DNA of 64,000 bases, from contig JAADVB010000040.1 of NCBI GenBank assembly GCA_023334545.1, positions 1 through 64,000 of the forward strand. Reading direction: 5' to 3'. The DNA is from Salisapilia sapeloensis CBS 127946 (lineage: Eukaryota; Protista; Oomycota). Positions 35,001 to 47,113 of the stretch are shown here, one piece after another. The position numbers and the translations under genes were made by a program. The stretch's first letter is position 1. Every line of letters begins with the position of its first letter. A model generated the notes under the pieces. The model did no database searches. It was given only the letters and a program-made list of their open reading frames with translations, and was not told where the DNA came from.

Positions 35001-38000
35001 AAACCTTCAGCTATGTCGATCGCGTAGACACTGGATGGAGAAACTTCTCAATACTTATGGTAGAAGTATGTGCACGGACGCACCTACAGCAGAAAAGGCT
35101 AGTGCACCTACAGCTCAAGCTATGGATGAGAAGCAAAGTGAACAGAGTTCGGTTTGTGTCTTTGAAGACTGCGAGCTTTTCTCATGTGGACAGAACAACT
35201 ATGGGGAGTTGTGTCTTGGTCACTGCAATTCAACTAGTAAACTCGAACATGTCCCAATGTTTTCATCTCGAGGCGTCCGCACTGTTTGTGCTGGCAACGA
35301 ATGTCTCGTTGTGGTCATGAAGGATGGTGCGGTCTACACTTGTGGATTGAATAAGAGCGGCCAATGCGGCAACGGAACGTTTGAAGAAAGGCTTCTTCTT
35401 GCGATGCCAGTTCGCGCTCTTTCTGGCATTCCAGTCGCATACGTAGCGGCTGCGAATGGTAGTGAGCACATGATTGCCGTCACGACTGATGGCAGCGCAT
35501 ACTCTTGGGGATACAACGATCGTGGCCAGCTAGGACTTGGATCTACCATATCCAAGAGTCACACGCCTCGACTCATTGAGAGCGTCAGAGAGCAGCACTG
35601 CATCGTCCATGCTGCCGTAAGTTATCATCATAGTGCCATCGTAAGCAGTACGGGAGATCTCTTGACGTTCGGCATGAATGACAGTGGCCAGCTCGGTCTA
35701 GATAACTTCCAGCATCAGCATACTCCACAGCTAGTAGAGGCGTTATCTGGTCAGCAAGTGATCAAGGTAGGGTGCGGTCTATATCATACAGTAGCTATCA
35801 CAGCCGCTGGAGATGTGTATTCGTTTGGTAAGAATGATTATGGACAGTTGGGTCTTGGTCACGCGAGAAACGTCAAAGTCCCGACACGCGTCAAAGTGCT
35901 ATTGGGAGATGCAGAAGAAAAGGTCATTGACGTGAATTGTGGCTACTATCACACGCTATGCATTACGGCAAAGGGCAAACTTATCACGTGGGGACGTAAC
36001 GACTATGGTCAGCTCGGTATCGGTAGTAAGGAACATAAGAATGCTCCGCAAAACGTTCCATTGCCTTTGTCGTCCAAGGTCGTCAAGACTTCATGTGGCT
36101 GCTACCATAACTTGATTCTGCTCGCAAATGGACGAGTGATGGTGTTTGGTAGAAACAACAAGGGGCAACTGGGTGCAGGTGCCCGCACACTTCCATCTGC
36201 TGACTTGCCTCTTCCTCTCCAGACGAATGTTTTGGCAAATAACGATGCTGTAGCTGTAGCTGCAGGATTCTACAGTTCATATGTGCTGACAGGACGATAC
36301 TGTGGTGACGGAACGAATGCATCTCAGAGTGGCATACAAACGTCGGACCTTCCAGAAATGAGCTGTCTTGCAAGCTCTGAACACCTGTACAAGTCTCTCA
36401 TGACCCAAATCGATGATCAAGTGAACACCAATACGTTACTTGGTGATGCTTCCGCAAGTGTCAAGCAGTGGGCTGGCCCTGGAAGAAAAGCACTACTCAA
36501 GCTGCAGTCGGCTGTGTGGGCAATCATCCGTGCGCTAATGTATCAGTCAATCGATGAAAAGGCGTTGGTTTGCCGAAGTGAAAAGTATCCTGTCAATGCT
36601 TGTCTACAACAGCTCATTCACTTTGCTTTGGACGAGCTAAATATGGTTCAAAGTGATGTACCGAAGGACACGACGTCGTTTATATTAGATTCTAGTCTAC
36701 AGTCCAAGCTAGTGAATTCCAAGGATGTGTGCGTAGGCATGATGAAGAGCTTGACATGTTTGGATAGCACGGACAAGTCTTCTATCATCAAATCCCTCTC
36801 GCCTTCGTTTAAAAATCAGCTCCTGTGGGCACTCTATGCATGTGGCAGTAAGAACATGGAAGTAGGCTCTCTTCTAGCATCAAATACGATCATCACGACT
36901 CAGATCTTACAAGGCATGCAATCGACGGATCAAGCTACTGCCTCGCTATGTCTTCGATTGGCAATGCTCGTCTTCCCTCAACTGTCCATATCTCTTATAA
37001 ACGATATCGATGCTGCGAATGACCCTATGAATGCCAACGCTGGTGATGTGATTCAAAAAGTGATCGTCTTAGCTGGAGAACCACACACGGTCCGACCTCG
37101 ATTATGCTCTCATGAGCTAGGCGTCGAGTGCTCTAGTACACTGCTATGTAACTCTTTGAAGTGCATGAAAGGAAATCGATGTACGAAATCGGTTGATGTA
37201 GAGATGCTAGGTAATCAGGCGTACGAAAGTAGTCACACTAGACAGGTGATCGCTGCTGGTGCAGTGGAACTGTTGCGATCGTTAATGCTCGTGCCGTCGT
37301 GGAAAGCAGCAGTGAATGCGAGCCTTCGTAAAGCACTGTCCAAGTCATCTGGCATGACAGAAATGATGGATAAGCTTTGTGATTACTATGAGAATGTACA
37401 GAACAGCTCTGCTGTTGACAACAACGATGCGGGTATTCAGGATGATGTGAACGCAGAAGGCGCAGTGCGAAAAGCTGAGTCTACGGATACGCCAGAAGTG
37501 GATGATAACCCGCCGCAAGAGCCTGTGGGGGATACGCTATCACCGGACGAAGCTACGACGAAGCGAGATCATAACGCTCTTCAGCGATGGAAGCAAGCAA
37601 AGGAAGCGATTATGAACCTTTCAGCTATCATGGGAGCAACTAGTGTGGTTGGAGGGCATGTCGAACCTCTTCGAGAAGGTGGTAGTGTCATTGTCGTGGG
37701 TGAAGATACCAAGAATCAAGCTGGGAAACGTGGTGTACTAGTGAGTGTTTGCAAGGATGCTCTCAAGGTACCTCTTGGCAAGGTCGTCTTCCGAGATGAC
37801 TACAAAACACTCACTTCATGTGGAAAGGAAGAAAGCTTTTCAATTCCTGCCAATAACTTGTGTGCAGTAGAGAACGTCCCAGTCGTATTGGACATGTTTG
37901 AGAAGGCGGAAAGTGTGCTATTGACCTTGTCTAAGATCTCACTGGGTCAGGGCAAGAATGATAAAGGGAAAGAACGAGAGTTGGAGCTACCGAATAACAC

Positions 38001-41000
38001 ACCAATTCAAGTGATACTGCGCTCCCAGCTACAAACATATCGGAGTCAGCTGCAATGGCGATCCATGAAGGCAGTGTCCCAGCTTTTGAAGCAGATTCCC
38101 ACAGCTCAAGCGACGTCATCCAGCACAACTACGGAGTTGGTATGCGACCTCGCTAGCCTCCTTACGACACAAAGTGCAGTCTTCACCTCCCGTCCTTCTC
38201 TCTACAACCACCTAGAACAAAATGAACTCTCTAGCTTCGATGCTCGTGCTGTATTACAAAAGAAGTGGCTTGCAGTCAAACAGCGTCAAATGGTCTTAGA
38301 TGTCGAGCAAGTCGTTGACACTGCTTTGGACGGGGTGGAAGAAGAGGTTCAGCATGAAGTCGTTTGTCAATTTGGAGAACAGAATGCCTTTACATGGGGA
38401 CCTGATGCACTGCAGTCACCTCGTCGTAAATTTGCTGGCTCCAAGAAACAAAATACACGCACACTCGAGAGACCAGCGCATAAAGATGAAAGTCAAGGAA
38501 ACGATGAGAATGTATATCCTGATGGTGCATGGGGAATGCTGCAGCCTCTACCGCCTCTCAACGAGACGGATGCTGCCAGTTTGCAAGTCTCCGGTCTAGC
38601 AGGCTTTGATATGGCTCCGTACCCATTAATGACGCAGATCGTACGCGTCGGTCGTGCAGTCGACTCTTGTGACCTAGTCGTGAATGACCGCAGCGTCAGC
38701 GGACGTCATTTCCACATTCGTCGTCTGTCTCCAGAAGAGAATGGTGGCACAACAGCATTTGAGCTTCAGGACTTTAGTAAGAATGGAACCATTGTAAACG
38801 GAGTTCGTGTTCATGGCACAAGTATCCAGATCACTCCAGGCGCAAGGATTGCATTAATCCTATCACGCGGTGGTCTAGTGACGTATGAATTCCAAGCTCG
38901 AAGCTCTGACACTCATACTACTGTACGAACACGACGAGCTCCACCCTCGATTACGACATCACTACCTCCCTTGTCTGGGCAGGAGTATCAGCAGACACCG
39001 ACGGCAGCAGTAGCTCCATCAGAAGAGCCACGCAGTCCATCGGAAATGCAAAATCGTGGTGTTCGAGAGCAAAATCGTACACCTGCGGCTTCACAGGATG
39101 CGCCTCCGGCAAACGAGCTACGTATCGTTACATCAATTGCTGAGAGTGATGTGCCACGAGCTTTAATTTCACCAAATCCAGCCGTCGATTCCCCTCGTGC
39201 TGGCGGTTTTAACTCACCGCGATCCATGGTGCTGCAACAGCCAGGCACACCGTCCGTTCGGTCATCGCCGGATAATACTTTCCCGACTATGATGCCAGCA
39301 CCGGTGGTGCTATCTCCTGCGTCCGCCCAACAGCGTGAGAGTTCTCAAAGTGAAGCACCAGCCCCTAGATACCATGAAGGGGGCGGTGGGCTTGGAGAAA
39401 CTTTGAGGATGATTCTTGGTAGAGGTTCTGTGCAGCGGAACGCAAGTAGAAACCAGGTCACACGTACGACGCAACAGAGTAGTGCCGAAGAATCAAGGAC
39501 AACTAGTGGAAAAGGCCTTAGTGTATCTCTTTCAGGCAGTCTTCCACACCCACCATCGAATACAAGTGGATCAACTACCCCGGTTACTGCCGAATCTGCT
39601 TTTGCTGAAAGTGGTTTTGATGAAGCTGAAGAGGACGGTAGTCAAGTCTCATTGAATGCGCATCAGATGTCGCTCGTCTTTGGTATCAACGCTTCCAGCT
39701 GCGATCGCATGCTTCAGCAGAGTGGAAATGACATTCGACTAGCTGCTCAGATGCTCATGAATCATCCTCAAGAAGATTCATCGGATGTAGACGAAACTTG
39801 TAGCTATCTCGCTCTCAGTTCAAATAGCAATGACGTTATGATGGGTATCCACGAAGGTGTGGAAGAGAACCCTAGCTATGCATTGTGTGATACGATCCAG
39901 ACTCGACCAGATCAACGTCGTCTACTGAAAACTCGTTCTCCTCATAAAGCAACTGGAGCAAAAGATACATCTACTTTGTCTCTTTGGAGAATTTGTGGTG
40001 GATACAATGAGCATATACAGAGTCTCAATTGGTGTGAAGTGGAGCAAGAACAGACGTCACTCGCATACCACCTTTCAACGTTATTTGCAGAAGATACATT
40101 GATGCAATTGACGAGACTAGCTGCCGATACAGATGCCAAGTGTCTAAATGTACTGAACGATGAACGTATTCTTCGTCTGCTAGTGACTATGTCTAAGCCA
40201 GCGAAAGAGCCGTCCAACTTTTCAACGACTGTAGAAGCTGATGCCAAAACGAACCGCATCCGAGTCGTTCTAGCTAGACTTGTGAACAGTACGATCATGT
40301 CCATGCAATCCGAGACGATGATCTCGAATCTAAACTCTATCGACAAACTTACGAACTTGTCGATTGAGCTAGAACGAGCTCAATCAAGTGACACACAAGC
40401 ACTGGAGAGTCTACTACGGCATTTAATGTCAAGTAGCGAAGGTAGTGAGCATTTGGTGGAGGATCTAGCTCATGAAACCGTTCGTCACATCTTGTCACGA
40501 TCGTTTTCCTCCTTGTCTCTATCGGATGCATGGACCGTTTCATCTCAACATACGCTGGATGCGCGATATCCAAAAGGTCCATTGACGCTTTCATGTGGAC
40601 TCGATACGCTTGTCACGAATGGATTTGAGCGCATGTGGGGCATTCCATCGGCAGATCCGTTGGTCAAGTACCGTCATCAATGGCGCAAGAAGGCACCGAC
40701 TGCTAGTAAGGAAGTTGATGCGACGAATATGAAGACATGGACTGATCAGCCACTAAGCATCTGGAGGCCGTGTCTCCCACTTGACATGGCATTGCCAAGA
40801 GGAAACTGGGTTTCTCTAGGTGACGTTATTACGTGTGGTATTGACCCTCCTGAGAGACCTGTGCTCTTTGTCCTTGACCGATGCGATGGGTCACTTATGC
40901 CTCCAAAACGATTCCACCGAGTGGATGTGACAGGTGCTGGTCTACCGATGAATTCAGTTTCAGATGACGAGCTGGAGAGAAAGCAGATACGATCATTGTG

Positions 41001-44000
41001 GGTACCGATCGCACCCACTGGGTATGTCGCACTCGGATGTGTCGCTGGAAGTAAAGATGATCCAATGCATCCGCCCGATGTAGACTCTATCAGGTGTATT
41101 CATGAAGATCTGGTGAATGCGACTAGCAATACGCGCTGTGTTTGGCGTGCAACGACGCAATCCGTCGATGTTTCTCCTTTAGTAGTAGGCGTTTCATCTC
41201 CAAAAAACCAATTAGATGGAGGTCAGCAGGAAGAAGAAGGTGGATTTGAGCTACAGACGTCGCTTTGGTCGATCGACGATGACTTTGTTCCTGGCATTTT
41301 GCCTATTGTCACTGCGAATGAGGATAATGCTTCTCAGCAAGGCTATACCTTGGCTCTATCTGCGGAAGATCACATTCTATGTGCACCTGTGTCGATACAA
41401 ACGATCAAGTCCTTTGTCAACGCCCTGCTTCTGTGTTGCAAAGAGAGTGGTAGAACGAAGGAAGGGCCCAAGTGTCCCATTCCGTCCGAGTTGTGTACCG
41501 GTCTATTGGCACTTGTCAAGCAACTGCTTTGTGAGAAGCCGCAGGGTAACTGCAAGCACGCAGTTGAACTACTGCGAACGCTTATCTCCTTAATTCAGCG
41601 TGGTTGTCCATGGCAGAGCAAAGAAGGGTTGCTCTACTGCCGTTCTATGATCATGGCATTGATGCAAGATCAGGAAGGTGGACTCATGTACAGCGCCTTG
41701 TTACAGGCATTTGTAGAGCTCATGCTCGCTGTGAACGCACAAAACGTTCCGACGCGACGAGAGGAACTAGCTGACTGCGTTCATGAAGAAAGCGACAAGC
41801 TCAGTCTGCCTTACCAGTTCCACTTTAAGCCTGATCTGCATTCCGATCGGGTTCTCAGCCATTCCTCACAACTACATGTTGCAAGACAAAATGCAGTTGA
41901 AAGGAAGTTTGTCGTCAAGTACAATGCAGCTAGCATACCAGCCGCTGCCGACCCCACTCCTTCCTTCTGCTCCTGTCGCTTTGAGCATACACCAGAGCTC
42001 GTGGTGTCTCTAAAGAACAGCGTAAAGGCTGAGATCGTGTACTTTGAAGTGACCGTCCAAGAAATCGCTGAGCCTGGTGGAAACCCTATGAGTATTGGAT
42101 TCTCTACCTCTTCCTTTAACCTCGAAGGACCATGCGTCGGAACAGCAACTGACCCATCGCCAACCTATGCATACTTGCCCAGTGTCGGTAAACCAGAGTG
42201 CTCGGACGCTTCAGCAGATTTGTGGAAGTGGAAGGACACTAATACGAGTATCTCTGCCGGTGACGTCGTTGGCTGTGGACTACGCGTGGATACGCGAGAG
42301 ATGTTTGTGACGAAGAATGGTCGTTTATTAGGCATCGCGTTTGCATCCATCTCGAATCCACGACAATTGCATCCAACGGTCTCGATCAGCACTAGCTGTC
42401 AGCTACTGATCAACTTTGGCTCGCCGATTGACAAGACTAGTCTTAAGCCTAACTTTTCATTCCGCTTTTCATCTCTGGATTATGACAATCTCATGGTGTC
42501 CTTCGACTGGTTTGAGCAACTCATGCAAGTGTACAGTGTCATGCAATCGCTTATGGAACGAGACAAGAGAAATGACGTCGAGGCGTACATGCCGAGCGAG
42601 TTCCTCTTGTCTGCTGATAACTTCTTGTCGGATGTGTGTGAAGACATTTGTGTGCATGTCGAAAGCACTCATCCGTATGACACGGAGCTATTGGAATCGA
42701 CTGTAAGCATGCCGCTGGCAACTTCGATCCGTTTGAAACTGGACCAGGCGTCGGATACTGCAAACGTGCATTGTCTCCAGATTCTTCAAGGCGGAGAAAC
42801 GAATGAAAGCAATGAATCGGAAGTTCGAGCTTTCACAGGCGCTTGTGGTGGGCAAGAGGTGACGATCGATGGAGACAGCTTCGTCTGGAGGTTCCCTGTG
42901 CAGTCAAACTTTCAATGTCGCGTCGATCGTGTGCGTAAGGGTCCTTACCTGCAGCTAGAGAATCGTGACACTCGTCTCTCACTTTCGAGAGACAAAGGGT
43001 GGCAGACGGCAATTGGTGTCGCTCGATTCGAAAGCGGGGTTCATATCTGGGAAGTCCGGATCACATTTGTCACAGCCAGTTCCAACATCTTCCTAGGCGT
43101 CGCGCGTCGTGACGTACGTCTTGACTCTTACCTTGGGAAGGATAACCGTGGATGGGGCTGGATTGGGAATCGAGCGTTGTGGAATAACGGGAGCAAGCAG
43201 CGTGGGACGTATGGAGAAAAGTTTAAGACAGGCGACGTGGTTCGTATGACGCTCGACTTGCGTCGTGGTACGCTGTCGTATGCCCTGAACGGACGAGACT
43301 TGGGTGTCGCGTTCGGACCTGGTGGCACTGGTCCGAAGCTAGAAGGCGTCTTCTACCCGGGCTTTGCGCTGTATAACCAGCGCGACTGCATCGACCTCAT
43401 CGGTGGTCATCGTGTGGAGGATTCAGCGGTTGAAGGCAGTTTCGCCCAAACGATGCAAGAGATGGATGAAGCTTATGATGAGATGCATGGGGAGGATTTA
43501 GAGGATTTGGAGGAAGGCACGCCTCACTTCCGTATGGAGCTCGCTTCTACACTAAGCCAGCTAGGATTCCCAGTTGAATGGTGCTTGTATGCGCTTCGAC
43601 ACTGTGAGGACGATATGGAACAAGCTGCTGACTTTGTTCTGGCCAACATGCCTGCCATGGAAGATCTAGTGAGGGATGAAGCAGAACTACTACAACGTCG
43701 TGCTCGCCGTAGAGAGTTGGCTGCGGAACACGCTGCTGCAGCTACTGAAGACACGAGCTTAACCGATGCTGATCATAGACTTGGAAGCGGTGAAAGCACG
43801 CCAAGTCCGATCAGAGGACATGATTCAGCAGCTGATGATAAAGCGTCTAGTTCGACTCCAAGTCAAGAGAAATGGGGTATTGGCTTCATGGCGGTGCCCG
43901 AGTTCTCACTAACAGGTCGTCGACTACTGTCTGTCAAGTATGCCGACAAGCTGCATGAACTTCAAACGTCTCAAGCTATATTTACCAAATCACATGATGA

Positions 44001-45766
44001 AGCATTAGTACAGATCGTAAATGACATTTGCGAAGCACGAGCTGAAGCTCTATTGACATGTGATCCACTTCGAATGAGTCCAGAAGAGATTGAATTAACG
44101 AGTGAGCACTACCGCCAGTACCCGATCTTGCAGGGTATGCCGCTGTCACTAGTCCAGAAACGGTTCCTTGTGCTACGAAACTTTAACTGTCGCCTTCAGA
44201 ACTCACTTTCCTTGATTGATCTGTCTGTCTCGGATGGAACGTCTTTGCTTGCACAGGGTGCGAAGGAATTGAGAGGACTCATATTCCAAAATGTAAAGCT
44301 CGCATGGTGGTTGAGCATCCTTAAGGAGCAGCAGAGCCCAGCAGCCTCCCGCCCGGAGATTGAGGTAGATCGACAGCGAGCGAGAGTGGCGACTGCTGTA
44401 ACCGGTGCAAAGGATACTGTCTTTGCGCAAGTGTTTGACCAGCTTCAGGCGATTCAGCCTCCTCTTCTGAGGTGTGCAGATCGTGCATTCAAGTGTCAGT
44501 TCGTTGGCGAGTTTGGAGATGACTTTGGCGGTCTCTACCGTGAGTGTGTTGCGCACATGAGCTCTGAGCTTCAGTCGAATATGTTACAGCTACTGAAACC
44601 TTCTCCGAACGCACTGCATGGTGTCGGTGAGAACCGAGAAGTGTTTGTACCGAACGTCCACTTGAGGAAGTCGCCTCGATTGATCAAGATGGCCGAGTTC
44701 CTGGGTGAGTTGATGGGTATCGCCATTCGCACCAAGACGCCGTTGGATTTGAATTTACCACGGATCATTTGGAAACGACTGGTGGAACAGAGTGTGGACG
44801 AAATGGACGTTCAAGTCATCCATCAAGACTGCTTCCAAGTGGTAGAGACAATCAACAACATTGCTTTGCATGGCGTAACGGAAAGCATGTTTGAGGAACT
44901 TATTGACACGACATTTAGTGTGCTTTCAAGTGCTCAAGAATCGGTGGAGCTTATTCCTGCTGGACATGATGTTCATGTGACGTGGGATGACAAGGAGGAT
45001 TATGCTGAGGCGGTAAAGAATTTCCGTCTCAACGAATTCGATGATGTCTGTGAAGACATTGCTAGAGGCTTAGCGACCATGCTACCAGCACCTACGTTGT
45101 CATTGATGACCTGGAGAGAGCTTATGACACTTGTCTGTGGTAAACCAAGTGTTGATGTCGGGTTGTTACGTCGTCGCACCACGTATGGAGACGGGTGTCA
45201 GGCCTCGGATGCACACATTGGGTACTTTTGGGAAGTGCTTGACGAGTTTTCCGAAGTCGAAAAGTCTTCATTCCTACGCTTTGTCTGGTATGTTAGCTTG
45301 TTCATATGTATGCTGAAGAGTGGATGGTGACTTTATGTGTGTTAATAGGGGAAGATCACGACTGCCAACGCATGCAGCAGACTTTACGCAAGACTTTAAG
45401 ATCTCTGGGCTTCCGAGATCCGTCGGCAAGCCTGACAGTTATCTACCCATCGCTCATACTTGTAAGTGTCTCAGTGCTTTTACTATCGAATCTGCCTGTA
45501 AATCTCATGTCATGATGTCAACAGGCTTCTTTTCACTGGACTTGCCAGCGTACACAAGCAAGAAGGTTCTGTACGAGAAACTACTGTACGCGATCACCAA
45601 TTGTCTGTCGGTAGATGCGGACAATACGACTGTAGCACAACGTGCAGGTCAAGGTTTGAACTGGTCGACAGCTACGGCAACTGCCGCAGCTACGGCTGCT
45701 ACGGCCACAGTGACGAACGTGATTGCTGGCGTTCGAACGTACGAAGTCGGAACGGATGCTGAATAA
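26065..45766 (+). CDS. Giant HERC-like HECT E3 ubiquitin ligase (2x RCC1-like, ~5x SPRY, Kelch, FHA, MABP/Vps62-like, UBA, HECT), 3 exons, ~6525 aa
   Basis: Exons 26065-45287, 45349-45461 and 45525-45766 (introns 61 and 63 nt) restore the HECT C-lobe with the catalytic Cys (LPIAHTCFFSLDLPAY). Approximate domain positions: RCC1 27040-28130 and 35165-36295; SPRY 28220, 33160, 33730, 42020, 42930; Kelch 28790-29610; FHA 38630-38895; MABP-like 40750-41290; UBA 43530-43650; HECT 44350-45620. Confidence 0.95.
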
Positions 45767-45822
45767 GTAATGAGACGAGATAAAAACAAATACATCAATT
45801 TGCATATTTTCATCAGAGAATA

Positions 45823-46911
45823 TCATCGTTGATTTCCTTGGAGCTTACGAACTGGTACAGTCTTTAATAATGCCCGCGTCCAGTCTCGATGATTCATGTA
45901 TTCGTTGAGTGCAATGACGACGGAATCGACGTTTAAGACAGGATTGCGAATCTGCAAATGTTCTTGAAGTGGAAGTCTAGCTGTTCGATAGCCACCTTCT
46001 TGTGCTTTTTCCAACGATTCATTCTAGTTTCGTGGACCTGGTTACAATTGTGAATGAAGGTGAGTGGACAGTATAGAGTACCTTTCGGACAGTACGATCG
46101 GCGATACCACCAATGACGTAGACAGTTTCAGGATCGACGGTGTCTAACACTTCACTTGCATCGGGAGACAAGTAAACGGTTTCAGATGTTGTATAGATAT
46201 CTGTCACAGACTCTTTATGGAGATATATCTGTTTAAAATCAGTTGGAATGCTTTCAGAATAGAGGACGAACATTTTAAATACTACCTTCCAATGTGGAAG
46301 TCCATGCTTTATGGCAAACTGCTCTGCCTGACCTGTGCATGATGCGACGTGGAGAGAAATCAGCCTGTCGAGTGGACACCGCTTCATGTAGCCATAAACA
46401 TTCGATAATTGCTTCAGGACGCTGTTGCACTCCTGTCAGCAGGTTCCAAATAAAGGCTTGTGAGTGCGAGTAGACTGCATGGTAATTACGCAAATTATGT
46501 ACTTTTTTGCTTTGTGTAGAAGTGAATGATAGGTCCACTACAACACGAGGTCCACTAAGCATCCCTTCATCCAGCTTTTGCTACATCAACGTAATGTCAG
46601 TCAAGTGTACAACGTGTACTTGTTTACAACCATAGTTATACATATTGCTCAACACGTTGCATCATGATCATTTCCCTTCTTTCACGGCGCTGCTCTTCCG
46701 TCCAAGTTCCCTGTTCATCTTCGCGAGCCTTGGAGTTGGCTAGCTTTCGCTGCCTTAAGCTATTGTCCTGGCGCTTGCGTCTATTTGCAAGTCTATCTTC
46801 TCGAAATTTGCGGCTCCTACTTTTCTTTTGCCATGTTTGGAACATCCAAAGCCCTAAAGCAGCAATAGTAGTAGCACACACAAGCGAGAAAGCAGCCTGC
46901 TTCGTCCACAT
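45823..46911 (-). CDS. TRM10: tRNA m1G9/m1A9 methyltransferase (Trm10/TRMT10 family, SPOUT) with N-terminal hydrophobic helix, 5 exons, 280 aa
   Basis: Exons 46911-46642, 46580-46503, 46432-46286, 46228-46082 and 46023-45823 are joined by four phase-0 GT-AG introns (61, 70, 57, 58 nt). Motifs: PRVVVDLSF, LKQLSNVYG, VYLSPDA, YVIGGIADR, TARLPL, VLNVDSV, DWTRAL. Confidence 0.9.
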
Positions 46912-47113
46912 GATCACCTCCGATCCAATTGACAATAAGATGTCACAATTCGTTGTTTTTCAAAGCTAGGTACGTATACATATATAATCCCTGTATAGAT
47001 GTCCAATGCAACAAATGTTTGTATCCACTTTTGATTGGCGTTCATTTAAACGAAGCCATTCGATTGATTGAAAATCAATCCTGACCAACGCAAGTATCAA
47101 CCAAAGGACGAGC

